A DNA stretch of 64,000 nucleotides from Mizuhopecten yessoensis. Lineage: Eukaryota. Shown here in pieces: positions 38,360 through 49,981 of the stretch (positions are counted from its first letter, which is position 1; every line of letters starts with the position of its first letter). The notes under the pieces are model-generated. The model had not been told where the DNA came from. It saw only the letters and a program-made list of their open reading frames with translations, and made no database searches. The translations under genes and the position numbers were made by a program. Location of the stretch: contig NW_018406276.1 in the NCBI RefSeq assembly GCF_002113885.1, positions 128,572 to 192,571 of the forward strand. The letters are read 5' to 3'.

Positions 38360-40694
38360 CTCATTGCCCCCTGCAGCCATTTTCTGACTGGCTCCCTGTA
38401 GCCTCATTGGTTGCTACAGCAGCTGCTCCCTGAACCAATATTGCTGCCGGGAGTGTTATTTACACCTCATATTTTAAAATGGTTATAACATACTTTTGTG
38501 TTGTTATTTTGTAATTGAGTAAAGAACAAAAATTGTTAGTATGACACGTTATTTTCAAGTTACAATAAAATAAAATATCTACTTACTTGGAATTTATTGT
38601 TATCTGTATTACATCTAGTGGAGTTGATAAAAATTTCATGCCAAGTTTTTTTTTCACAAATGTTTTGTCACTGTATTCTTGTTTATAACTTATATACAAC
38701 TTATTTTCAACCACAAATGAGTGTTTTTCCACTCAAAATTTTATGCACTATGGTTCAAAACAAACCACACACAGGTGAGCCCCACAGGCAGAACACTCCC
38801 ACTTCCATCAGATCGATTTTTGTCTTTAGAACATTGACGACATCTCCCTCTTTTAGCACACTCCTTTGGCCAATGTCCAACTCCATTTGGATCAAGATTT
38901 GACACACGCCTCCTCTTTCTTGTTGCTCTGAATGTTCCAAGCAAAAGTTTTGCAAGATTCATTCAAAAGGATAGAAGAGACCTGTCCTTATCTCTGCCTG
39001 TCTTTGTCGTCAAGTGGTGGTTAGCGGATTCCTTCATAAGAATGAAGGCGTTGGCAATAGACAAGTCCAGGAGAAAGTGGAAAATGTACGTCCACCACCT
39101 CTTACACATCCTGTATGTGGGGTACTCTGTCCTTGTCCGATCAGCCTTGTCAACACCATTCATCTTCAGGTTGTACCGCTACACAACACTGGGGCTTTGC
39201 ACCTGTCGCTGTGTCCCATCTTTCTGGCGCCCCGGTACTTGAGCCCCAACTTCTGTTGGGTCATCTGCTGTTGACAGAAAGTAGATCACTTCCTTTTTCT
39301 TCCAGGCATAAGCCACCATCTTCCCCCTCTGAACAATTTTGACATCCCCTTGATTTTTTACACACTTGGGGTGAAGAAGCCTAGCTGGGAATTCCTTTCG
39401 GTTTGATTGTGCTGTACCCCGTGCATATGTACTCTGTCTTTTCAAGATTTCAAATAGCTGGAAGCTTGTAAAATAATTGTCCAAGTTCACAATGTGATTT
39501 TTGTTCGCAATGCTTCTTGTCAAATTTAGTACCACTCGTGTTGTCAATCCATATCTGGCATTGGTTTCATCTCCCTTTTTCCCCGTGTAGACGTCAAACT
39601 CATTTGCGAACCCATTTTCAGAGTCGGCACTCATCCACACCTTGACCCCGTATTTTGTAGGTTTGGCAGGTAGGTATTGCCGAAACCCCAGGCGGCCCCG
39701 GAATGCAATCAAAGCCTCATCAACGCTGGTGTTTTGATGAGGCTGATATTCGTCAACACATTTTTTCTTTACAATATCCATGATTGGACGTTTGTGGTGA
39801 AGGCGGTCGTGTCGAGGATTGTCGCGGGGTTGGTTTTTAGTAGAATCATTCGCATGAAAATACTGTAACAGTTTATCAAATCTGTCCCTTGGCATGATGT
39901 TGGGAATAAATAAATTCCCAAACATATAGTCTGTGGACCAATACATATCCATTGATGGCAGCTGTACTATGCTCATGTATATACGAATCCCCAAAAACGC
40001 TTTTATTTCTTCTACGGTTGTCGGCGTCCAATTAGGGTTCAGCCTATTTTCCGTTTGCTGTTCCGCATACAAATTTGTTTGAACAGCCAGCAGGGAAAAA
40101 TATCAATGAAAGAAAGTCCATCTCGTTTTTTTCCGCACCCAAGATTGTTGTTGGCCCCACAGCATCGGTAAAAGCAGGTACTGAAACCGTCGTCAAATTT
40201 TCTGACCACGGTAAAATCTCGTCGTCATCGTCACTGCTTCTCGACGAACTTTCGCTTTCAGAAGAAGAAGAATCGCTAAAACTGATGTCCGATAAAGCAT
40301 CTTCATTATCTTCTCCCCTTTGAATGGCTCTCGCAACATCGTCGGCTGTAAAACCTTCTAAATCCGCTTCGTCCGAACTGGTATCAAAATTGAAAACCGC
40401 CCCAGCCATGCTTGTTGACAGCGTTCCATATGAGTAACTTTCATAGTAAATTCCTTTGATATTCACGGGAAATATGTGTCATGTGACCTATATAACGAAT
40501 GGAAAGTTCTATACCTACCTCCTGTGTTAGTTTCTTACAAAGATTCAACCAATCAAAACCACCGTAGCAAGTATTTTAGACCTATCGTAATTGTCACTTT
40601 TAAGCGACTCTCGGGAAATCCATCATGGCCGCCGCTGTCGGGATACAGTGATGGGTAAGACTGACGCCCAAATGCGTCAACAGGGGGCAATGAG
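38360..40694 (-). mobile_element. Full-length degraded piggyBac transposon
   Basis: 14-bp TIR CTCATTGCCCCCTG / CAGGGGGCAATGAG; flanked by TTAA on the left and TTTA on the right. Confidence 0.9.
38741..40409 (-). pseudogene. piggyBac (PGBD4-like) DDD transposase with frameshift and stops
   Basis: Acidic N-terminus, SVDEALIAF, LDNYFTS, MNGVDKAD and a C-terminal RCRQC. Split over ORFs 40044-40466, 39179-40072, 38963-39163 and 38741-38962. Confidence 0.9.
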
Positions 40695-41320
40695 TTTATA
40701 TGGCCTGATTTATTACATCCAAAACATTTTGCATTTTTGAACCTACAATCGTATGCAAGACGTCGGTGCTCACCACAATGCCTGCACGGTTCTCCTTTGC
40801 CACGTTCAAAGTTCCTCTGACCATCTGACCTTTTCCGTCTGTCTCCAGTTCTCACAGAATTTAAGGTGCTTGTCTCTTTCAGTTCTTTTAATTCTCGTTG
40901 GAGTTCAACGACTTAGCTGGCTAAGTCCACTGTATTGTTGCCCTTCACTGACTCCCACATATAACCATATTTTATAATGTCCTGCAGAGACTGTGGCTCT
41001 TTCCCCAGAATGAAACGCTTTACCTCCTCATTCAATCAATTTAGGACAATGTCCTGGACTTCCTGTGGACCTCTGCCTAAATCGTTTCCTAGGGTTTGGA
41101 CCTTCTCTATATATGTGCGGACTTCATCTTTGCCTTGCCGACCCTCCAGAAACTCCTTTACCAGTCTCGGCCTCGATATTGCACTTGGAACAAACCTGTC
41201 CTTAAACTCGATAATAAGAGTTTCAAAATTGTTTTGTACCTCCTCTGTTAGTGAGTAGTACCAGTTTTCTGCTTTGCCTGCTAGGTACAGGGAAAACTGT
41301 ATCGCTTTGTCCTCCTCCTT
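40695..41320 (-). mobile_element. Gypsy/Ty3-type gag remnant
   Basis: Manual translation gives 'KAIQFSLYLAGKAENWYYSL..FETLIIEFKDRF..RQGKDEVRTYIEKV' (capsid), then the 'CRHCG..DCRFKNAKCFGCNKSGHI' knuckles, with several stops. Confidence 0.75.
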
Positions 41321-41755
41321 TAGCTCACTTGGTCTGAAGGACCAAGGTGAGCTTATGCCATACCGTTGCGTCCGTCGTCTGTCTGTCCGTACGCAACAAT
41401 TTCTTTAAACAACTTCTTCTTAGCCACTGATTGGAATTCAACTAAATTTGACTGGAAGCATCCCTAGGTTGTGGGGATTCAAAATTGTACAATTGATGGG
41501 GCTGACCCCCCAGGGGGCTGAGGGGCGGGGCCAAAAGGGGTCAATTTGGCTGTATTGCTTTAAGCGACTTCTCTTCTGGAACTAAAAAGTGGATATCAAC
41601 CATATTTGACTGGGAGCATCCCTAGGTGGTGGGGATTCAAAATTGTACGAATGATAGGGCTGACCCCCCAGGGGGCTGAGGGGCGGGGCAAAAAGGGGGT
41701 AAATTGGCTATACTGCTTTAAGCGTCTTCTTCTCTGGAACTAAGAGATGGATATC
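41319..41755 (+). mobile_element. HINE/Helentron-type non-autonomous element, 5' part
   Basis: TTTAGCTCACTTGG..CCAAGGTGAGCT 5' inverted repeat, a (GTCY)n tract and two ~160-bp core repeats. Confidence 0.65.
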
Positions 41756-41756
41756 G

Positions 41757-42210
41757 ATCCAGATGAGGTATGAGGGTGAACCCATGGCTCAAATTAATTG
41801 AAAATATTACCCTAGCGATACTGAGGAGTTTCGTTGAGTTCCACAGACTTTTGGCTGGATCCAGATGAGGCATGAGGGTGAACCCATGGCTCAAATTAAT
41901 TGAAAATATTACCCTAGCGATACTGAGGAGTTTCGTTGAGTTCCACAGACTTTTGGCTGGATCCAGATGAGGCATGAGGGTGAACCCATGGCTCAAATTA
42001 ATTGAAAATATTACCCTAGCGATACTGAGGAGTTTCGTTGAGTTCCACAGACTTTTGGCTGGATCCAGATGAGGCATGAGGGTGAACCCATGGCTCAAAT
42101 TAATTGAAAATATTACCCTAGCGATACTGAGGAGTTTCGTTGAGTTCCACAGACTTTTGGCTGGATCCAGATTAGGCATGAGGGTGAACCCATAGCTCAA
42201 ATTAATTGCA
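41757..42210. repeat. 102-bp tandem repeat, about 4.4 copies
   Basis: GATCCAGATGAGG recurs every 102 bp (41858, 41960, 42062, 42164); the ORF track shows a 34-aa period. Confidence 0.9.
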
Positions 42211-43072
42211 ATCGACAAACTTCATAACAGTCAAAATTCCTTCTTTTCTCTCCTTTCCAGTAAGGAATGAAATGAGTTCCACACTGAATGGTCAAAATAT
42301 CTGTTTTTGTAAGCCGTGAGAGAATGGTACCTGTCAAAAAGAGTAAATATTTGGTAGGAGTCTGAAAGCGAGTGTAAAGCTAAACTTGTGTTGAGAATAG
42401 TTTTCAAGTAAAGGAATGCAACAATGACTTGACGACAGCTCGTTCTAGTTAACTCGAAACTAAGGCCGACTCGCACTGTATTCATATACTCAACTAAGAA
42501 ATTGACGGGATAACTCAATTTTCGATCTCAGTGGCAGTTCTGAGTTTATTTTGCCTGTTAAAATCTTTCAATGCATTTTTTACTGAATGATGAGCTGCAT
42601 GTAGATTACACATTAATTTCGATGGCATAGCTAGAAAAGGAAGCCCGTACTAAAATTGAAAAAAAAAAAATTCTTCCAGAATCTTCATGTACAGTGCCAA
42701 ATACTGTTAACTTTGCTGAATTGATGAATAGTGATGACAAATATGTTCTCATTGTTTATCAAAATACACTAAATTGTAATGTCTATTTTCAAGTAAATTT
42801 CATGTAATTTTCAATATTATTGCCTTCCAGTTGCATAAATATATGTGGGGCCTTTAGTTTAATAAAAAGTTTCAAAGTTTCAAAGTGTATTTTCTCTATT
42901 TAGATTGCACAGAAAGTTCACAAAGTCCAAATAGGGACTTTAAAGACAGTAACGGGAACACGAATATTATAATAATAATACTTTATTGCATAAAAATTGA
43001 TAAAAAGCTTACAATTGTTCGACAACAACAACAACAACAACAACAACTAGTGTTTCCTATGTAAATGTGTGA

Positions 43073-45047
43073 TCAATCCCGAAGCCTTCCGATACACGTT
43101 GTTACAACAAACAACAAAAAAGGTAAACTACTTGCTTGATTTGAATAATCAAAACAGTTCCATAAACTGCACATTATGCTTAGTGTAATTATTTCTCTAT
43201 TATTGTATAAAAGAATGAAGCTACATAGAAATAGTATGTTAAATTTGTTAAACAATAACAAATCAAATCTACGCTATATCGGCTGAGGTTCAGCTTATCA
43301 TTTTAATGGTCCCAGTGGGGGTATCCCACTACTGACCCTTTAGCCCTTCAGCCAGAGGGAGCTGATCACACAGCATGACCCCCTATACAGCTCAGCTAGT
43401 ACTGATTAGCCTACACTTGTGCAGCTAAAACTAATTATTACTTCTCAGATAAATTGAGATGATATGTCACAATATTTCTCTGTCAGTCATAGTACCTTTC
43501 TCCAACTCCTGTAGCTTCTGGATGGCGTCATCTTTGCGTACATAGAACAGAGAACATGATTCCTTGTCTATGAGATAATTTACACTTGGGTGTAATTCAT
43601 CTTCATGTGGGGCGGACAGATCTACTATAAGACGTGGTTTCCCAGAGTATTTTCCCACACCTACGCCTATGGGGCTTAAACGGTATTTATCGAAAGTAAA
43701 CGTTCGAATGGACCCTGTAAAACTCCCTTCTCCACTTCGCTTTGAATTAATTTATCCACCAAATCCGACTGTGTTATCGCAGACTGAAGATTTTTACACT
43801 CCTTTGTTGGTAGCTCGGTTTTTGATATAAGAGTGTCAAAACCTTTGGACAATCCTTAACACAGGTAATCTATAAACATTTTGTCTGGGTGGAGATCAAG
43901 TTCTGTACGGAGTTGGTCTATATTTACAGGTGTGTTAACGTGTACGTAATTGTCCTCTATCAGTCATTGGTTCTGTTGTGTGTTGTTTTGGACTCCTGTC
44001 CCCGATTTATTGGGTTGCGATCCATTGTTGCCGCCTTTGCACGAATCTGCCCCATGGCTAGTAGATTTACAAGACGTGCAGGCATGATAGAAGAAACAAC
44101 CATCGCCTCGTGAACATTTCCCCGAATTGAAGTTGGTACACAATTCTCTTTTTGTTGTTAAACATTGTTACACATTTCACTTTTTGTCTGTCGAATATAT
44201 CGGTATCCCTGCCTTGATAACCCTGTTGGTTTGTAATTTGTGCGCCTCCATTTCCATAATGTAAGTCTTTTTGTACCTTTTTTCGGGGCAGAAAGCAGTG
44301 TTGTGTGACGTCAAATTGCACAATTGACAAGAGTTCACCCTAGTGTTTCCCATGATCATGGCCAGTAAACCATTATCCTTTAGGACCCAGTCCACCTTGC
44401 CTATATTATCATTTAATGCCGCTGCTGCCCTAGCCGAAAACTGGCAGTGGTAATCGTAGAATTTCCCCCCGTAAACATTAGAAATTTCTACGATATTGAC
44501 TTCATATCTATCCAGTTCAATCCTCCCATGGGGGGCTTTCTTGTACACCGTTCTTTTGTACTTCCCGAAAACGTTTATAAACTTGCTGATAGTCAATGAT
44601 TTTGCAAGTCTGGGGTCTTCTGTTTCATTTAATGTAATGTTTATAGCCGAGCCGTCCCTATCGTAAACCTCCCTGGGTTTGTGTCTCGGCATTAGAAATT
44701 GCGCCAGATTGACGTCTTGTCCTTCCCAAATAAGTTTCTCTGGGATACTGTCTATGTGGGGGATTGATTCTGAGGGAATACCGAACTCTGATATGGGCAG
44801 TCTGTACCCACCTGTTGCAGACGTAGCTCGGGTATACTCCTTCTCGTCTGGCTCTGTCTCAGGGTTGACTGCAGTGTTTGTAGTTGTCGGTGATACTGTG
44901 GGGACATTTCTTGTCTTCATAATCCCTAGCACAGCAGTCTGCAGTCCCGCGACTGTCTGCTGCATGGATTTCATTGCCTCCATCATGTGTTTGACAGCTT
45001 CTGTGTTTTGATCCATGGGCGCAGCCATATTTGTTGGTGACGTCACG
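43073..45047 (-). repeat. Exact duplicate of 33359-35333 (element 3 gag-RT plus flank)
   Basis: Identical ORF set shifted by 9714 bp; the first copy ends at the N at 35334. Confidence 0.92.
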
Positions 45048-45124
45048 TGCTTAAACAGTTCAAGAACTGTTCAGGAACTGTTCTTGAACGTTAAACGAGA
45101 CAAACTGTTCTTGAACTTCTTGTT

Positions 45125-45630
45125 CAAGAACAGTTCTTGATTTATTCAAGAACAATAGTCTCAAACAATCAAGAACAGTTCTTGAACTTTATTCTAAGAA
45201 CAATTCAAGAACAGTTCTTGATTTATTCAAGAACAATAGTCTCAAACAATCAAGAACAGTTCTTGAACTTTATTCTAAGAACAATTCAAGAACAGTTCTT
45301 GATTTATTCAAGAACAATAGTCTCAAACAATCAAGAACAGTTCTTGAACTTTATTCTAAGAACAATTCAAGAACAGTTCTTGATTTATTCAAGAACAATA
45401 GTCTCAAACAATCAAGAACAGTTCTTGAACTTTATTCTAAGAACAATTCAAGAACAGTTCTTGATTTATTCAAGAACAATAGTCTCAAACAATCAAGAAC
45501 AGTTCTTGAACTTTATTCTAAGAACAATTCAAGAACAGTTCTTGATTTATTCAAGAACAGTTTTAAGTCTCAAACAGTCGAGAACAGTTCTTGAACTTTA
45601 TTCTAAGAACAATTCAAGAACTGTTCTTGA
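45125..45630. repeat. 81-bp tandem array built from subterminal repeats, about 6 copies
   Basis: 27-aa period in ORF 45137-45688; each unit contains two TCAAGAACAGTTCTTGA palindromes. Confidence 0.9.
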
Positions 45631-45956
45631 ACATTCCTTAAAAGTAGTTTTAACAACTGCAACATATCAATATCAGAATTTTATATAAGTGTTACATGTA
45701 CATTTGTATAATACAAAGTAATTAGACACTAGATGTTGAATCTACATGCCAAATGCATCATTGATGATCAATACAAAAATAATGTATGCAAGTCAAGATA
45801 TTTGACAGAACAAAAATACTATTTAAAGAAACCTTGAAACAAAAACCAATATACTCAAAAAATGTTGGGGAATCTCTACAAAAAAGTTTGTATCAAATAA
45901 TCCAAACAAATGAAAGGCCGATCAGAAAAACAGAACAACATGATGACAGTCAGGCA

Positions 45957-48900
45957 CTAAACTATTGGATCACTGCAAGTTTTACTTGACCGACGTTCCA
46001 TCTTCACAAGATTGTCAAACTTTTTTTTGAAAGTGTTCCTGCTGATGGAGCATTTCAGTAGCAGAACCTGCTCCACCAGCTTCACTCTTTCTGGATCAAG
46101 TGGGGGCCTTGCTTTCCCAGGGGAGTGGAATGTTTTTTTTCCAGTCCTAGAACAGGACACAAGGTCCTGTCTTGAAAAAACTGTGAGAGTAATTCTCCTC
46201 ATACACTCGTTGATTTCTTTTTCCAAGTTCCCAATATGACCCACAGATTTCAGTAAGTTGTCCACTGTCAATGTGGAGGACGAAGCTGTTGAGGTCAGTG
46301 TAGTGCTGGAGGAACTACCCTCTGTAGTAGCAGGATTACTGTTTTGACATGTTCCAGAAAGTTCAGAAAATTTCCTCTTCAAAGACTTAAGGGAGGACCT
46401 TAAGTCTTTCACCTCCCTTTCCAGATGGTCAACCCTCTTCTCCAGCCTTCGACTGCCACTGAAAAATATGAAAATTAAAAAACATACAAAATATAAGATT
46501 TAAAACCAAATACCTATGCGGGTAAATTAATCAGACAGTTAATAAGCCTTAAAAATATTGGGCCTCTAGTCTAAGTTCTGCAGATCACTGATAACATTTT
46601 ATTAAATAAATAATTTATGGTTTAACAGATATTATATATATAAAATAAACTTTCCTTGAGGATGCTAGAAAGTTTGTTATCAAGTTTTATTTGTTTATTT
46701 ATATGTTTGACAAGTAATAATATTTACCTAGGACGCAAATTGGAAATGTCTTTCTTTAAGTTTGAATGCTGTTCTTCACCTGTAAATACAAAAATAATCT
46801 GACATTCAACCATCAGAATAAAAAATACTCCAGCTGTCTCTCCATTACGTTACATTATGTAGTTCATCATTGATTCAACCAGATTTGTCTGATTGAAACC
46901 AAACTTTGGGTTGCGGTGTTAAAAACAACCCTCACGTTCAATCTGCTGTCCAATAGAAGGGTCTAGACTGGCTGTATTCAGCAACACTCTACCTAAGGTC
47001 CCAGTGTTTATTTCCTGTTATATAAATTGGACACCACAACATAAATTGTGTACTATAGGAGTTTGTCAAATACCTATGAATGTCAGTTGTATTAGGTCTC
47101 TGTTATGGTTTATATTGGTCGCCAATACTGTAGATGTACCTTTCAGGGGTCAACATTAAGCACAATTTTCACTTGTCTAGTCGCACAAGTTACTATCAGA
47201 TCTAACTTGTCCAAACACTTGTAAACTGTCGGAAGTATTTCTTTCAAATATCAAAATAGACGAATATTTAGAAAAAGATTACAAAAGGTAATTGTATAAA
47301 CACAGAAATCAAGCTTTGTTCAACAACCTCAAGTGAAGAGACAGTAGCAAATATATGGGTTATGACACTAGGAGATACATTTCTCTGATTCTACTCGATT
47401 TGCTCGTAATCATTACGACTTTTAAATGATACTAGCACATGTTTTATAATATTAGCACATGTGTTATATTAAGAGTGGTTTTGTGATATTACGAGAAGTT
47501 ATGATTACCTGTGGGCACAGAGCCAAATTTTAGGTATAAGATGTAATATTACTTTGGAAGTCAACATTTACAATTGAATTTAGAAAAATATAATAAAATT
47601 AATCCACATTTTCATTATCATTTTGAGAAACGGACAATTTCATTTACAAATCTACTTGTCCCATCGGACAAGTACACAGTAAAAAACACTTGTCCGACCA
47701 CAAAATCACCTGGACGGATAAGTCAGGCAAATGTTAATCTTGAGCCCTGCCTTTGGAGACCCGGGTGTAAGCTATGTGCGACGTCATGCCATCTTTTGAA
47801 ATTTCTGATAGCTCTTATATTCTGGTCCTTCACATCCTCTGTCAAAATAGAAACTTGACTTTTATCTGTACATTAAAATCTATTTCATGGTGGGGGCAAA
47901 AAAATCAGTATGATTTGGACTCACCTTGGTCTTGCTCCTTTCTAATCGGCTGGGTGTTCATTTCCTCCTGAGTGGTGATGGTGTCTCGTTCTTCAATGAC
48001 CGCCAACTGAACTTCCATTTCTTCAATGACCACCGGCTGGATGTCCATTCCTTCATTTGTTAATCTACATGTATCTCTTTCTTTGTCTGTTAAAAAGCGA
48101 GTGTTTTAATACATCATGACACATTTAAAGTTTTTTTTTGTGGTTGACAGAAATTAACACTTGCTAATAGCATAATGTTTCAGACTAGATTGCAAATACA
48201 ACAAATTGCTATAGCCCATTTACAACTAGCAACTGAAAGTAAATTTAAATCTTCACAACATAACTTCAGTATTAATGCTTAACTTAGTATTTAGAATCAA
48301 TGTTTAGGTAAATTTAATTAGGTCCAAAATACTTATCTCTTAATCGTGATATGTAAAACATATTTGCATGTCTTAATTGCCTTTAGGCCAAAACAATTAA
48401 GTGCATTTCCTGTTATATATGGGCCTTGACTTCAACAGAACAGTGCTAATTTGAAATTGTCCATAAAATGTTTCAGGTAGGTATGAAAAATCCAGGTAGG
48501 TTAAGGAAAACAGTGACCAGAACACACATATATTTTATTTTGGCCTTATAAAAAAAGTTTGAGTACTATAGATAAACTTCTGTTCATACCAATAAAAGTG
48601 TTGTTCCTAGTAGTATCTGAATCTGCTTCTTGGCTTAAATTTACTACTGCTTCAGCTGCCAGTTCTGGATTCATGTTTTCCTCGTAGGGAAATTTCAAAG
48701 GAAAAACTCCATTTTTCCCCTTCTTCACCATCAAGACTGATCTGTCATCTGAAAATGAGTGTCAAAATGAAAATTGTGCCATAAACATTAAACTGTGATA
48801 AAAGTAGAAAAATCGGTGTGTCACCTCAACCGTAAATTAACAGTGTGGATATAATTCTAATATACCTCTCAAGTTCTTTAACTCCAAAAGTACACAACAG

Positions 48901-49610
48901 AAATTAATTCAAATATTGTACCAATAAGCCAACAATTGTCAAAATCCATCCATTAAAATGTCAGGAAAATGCTTTTAAACGAAGTTGCAAACTGATGCAA
49001 GGAACTAAAAAAAAAACGTGAAAGAAATTTAGCACGTCCCTGTAAATATAGTATAAGTTTTATTCATTTTTTATTTAAACGAATATATAATAACGAGATT
49101 TCGTCGACACAACGGCACATGTATATAAAACATTAATTTCTGTAGAAACGCTGGGTAAAACCTGGGGCATAATAAAATCCTCTGGTTTTACCCACCGTTT
49201 CTACAGAATAAAACATGGCACACTTTCGTCTGCAGCAGGTGAATTTTTGCCTGTCTTTTGGTCATATAAAATGTGATAATTTGCGGACTTTCCTCGTAAT
49301 TTCAAAATACATGAAAATTTTCCTGTGTCTAACAATAAGCATCCTAGTATCGCATCATGCCCTCCCGTATTCGAATATATTTTCAAATTTTGAGTCGGAT
49401 TTTCGATCGGCCTACAAAACAGGCTAGATCTACATACCTGATATTTCAGAAATCCTGGCCCTGTAGGGCTTCTTCCCAAATAGTGCTGTGATGAATTCAC
49501 CTTCCATGTACTGATGAATTGGTTTTCTCGGCAATTTTACGTTATCCAAATTTACCACACTGGTAAATTTGTCATTCCACTGGACTATCGCATACTTCGT
49601 CTCGGGCCAT
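45957..49610 (-). pseudogene. Transposon-borne multi-exon coiled-coil plus BEN-domain protein, frameshifted next to the ATG
   Basis: Exons 49438-49610, 48590-48748, 47925-48086, 46728-46779 and 45957-46458 splice in frame (47751-47838 is a possible extra exon). The last exon encodes a coiled coil and BEN-like 'LTVFSRQDLVSCSRTGKK..RPPLDPERV'. Confidence 0.7.
47144..47749. mobile_element. CAGGG-ended MITE in an intron of the BEN gene
   Basis: TIRs CAGGGGTCAACATTAA / TTAATCTTGAGCCCTG; CCTTT on both flanks. Confidence 0.65.
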
Positions 49611-49981
49611 TTTTCTGTTTATCAACTGGTCAATTGCGCCAAAATCCAATCAGCCAATGAAAACACTTCTCTCAAATGGCTACAGAGGCTGACCAATCAA
49701 GTGACCCGGTATATGCACCAGTGCAAACCGCGACTGCTATTTCGAAAGAATTATCTAGAAAAACGCTATGTTGTTTGGATGAAATTGAATAGAAAATTTT
49801 TATGGTTGAACTATTAATATCAAATTATTGACTTGAAAAATATACAGAAACAACTTTTACCACGTTATTGATTTTAGAGGCTATATACAGAATCATCAGA
49901 ATGTTTACAGTTCGCGGGATCGATGGTAAAATCGACGGTGTTCAAGAGCGCTAACTACACAGACACTGACGGCGATTTAGG
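49611..49981. promoter_or_regulatory. Candidate bidirectional promoter of the CMC element
   Basis: 371 bp between head-to-head ATGs; three CCAAT motifs at about 49646-49698. Confidence 0.5.

Noticed and set aside
45137-45688. 183-aa repeat-protein ORF
   Set aside because: By-product of an 81-bp stop-free unit in the transposon subterminal region.
49146-49200. Short inverted repeat AAACGCTGGGTAAAACC..GGTTTTACCCACCGTTT
   Set aside because: Intronic and probably a tiny MITE relic; nothing supports a function.
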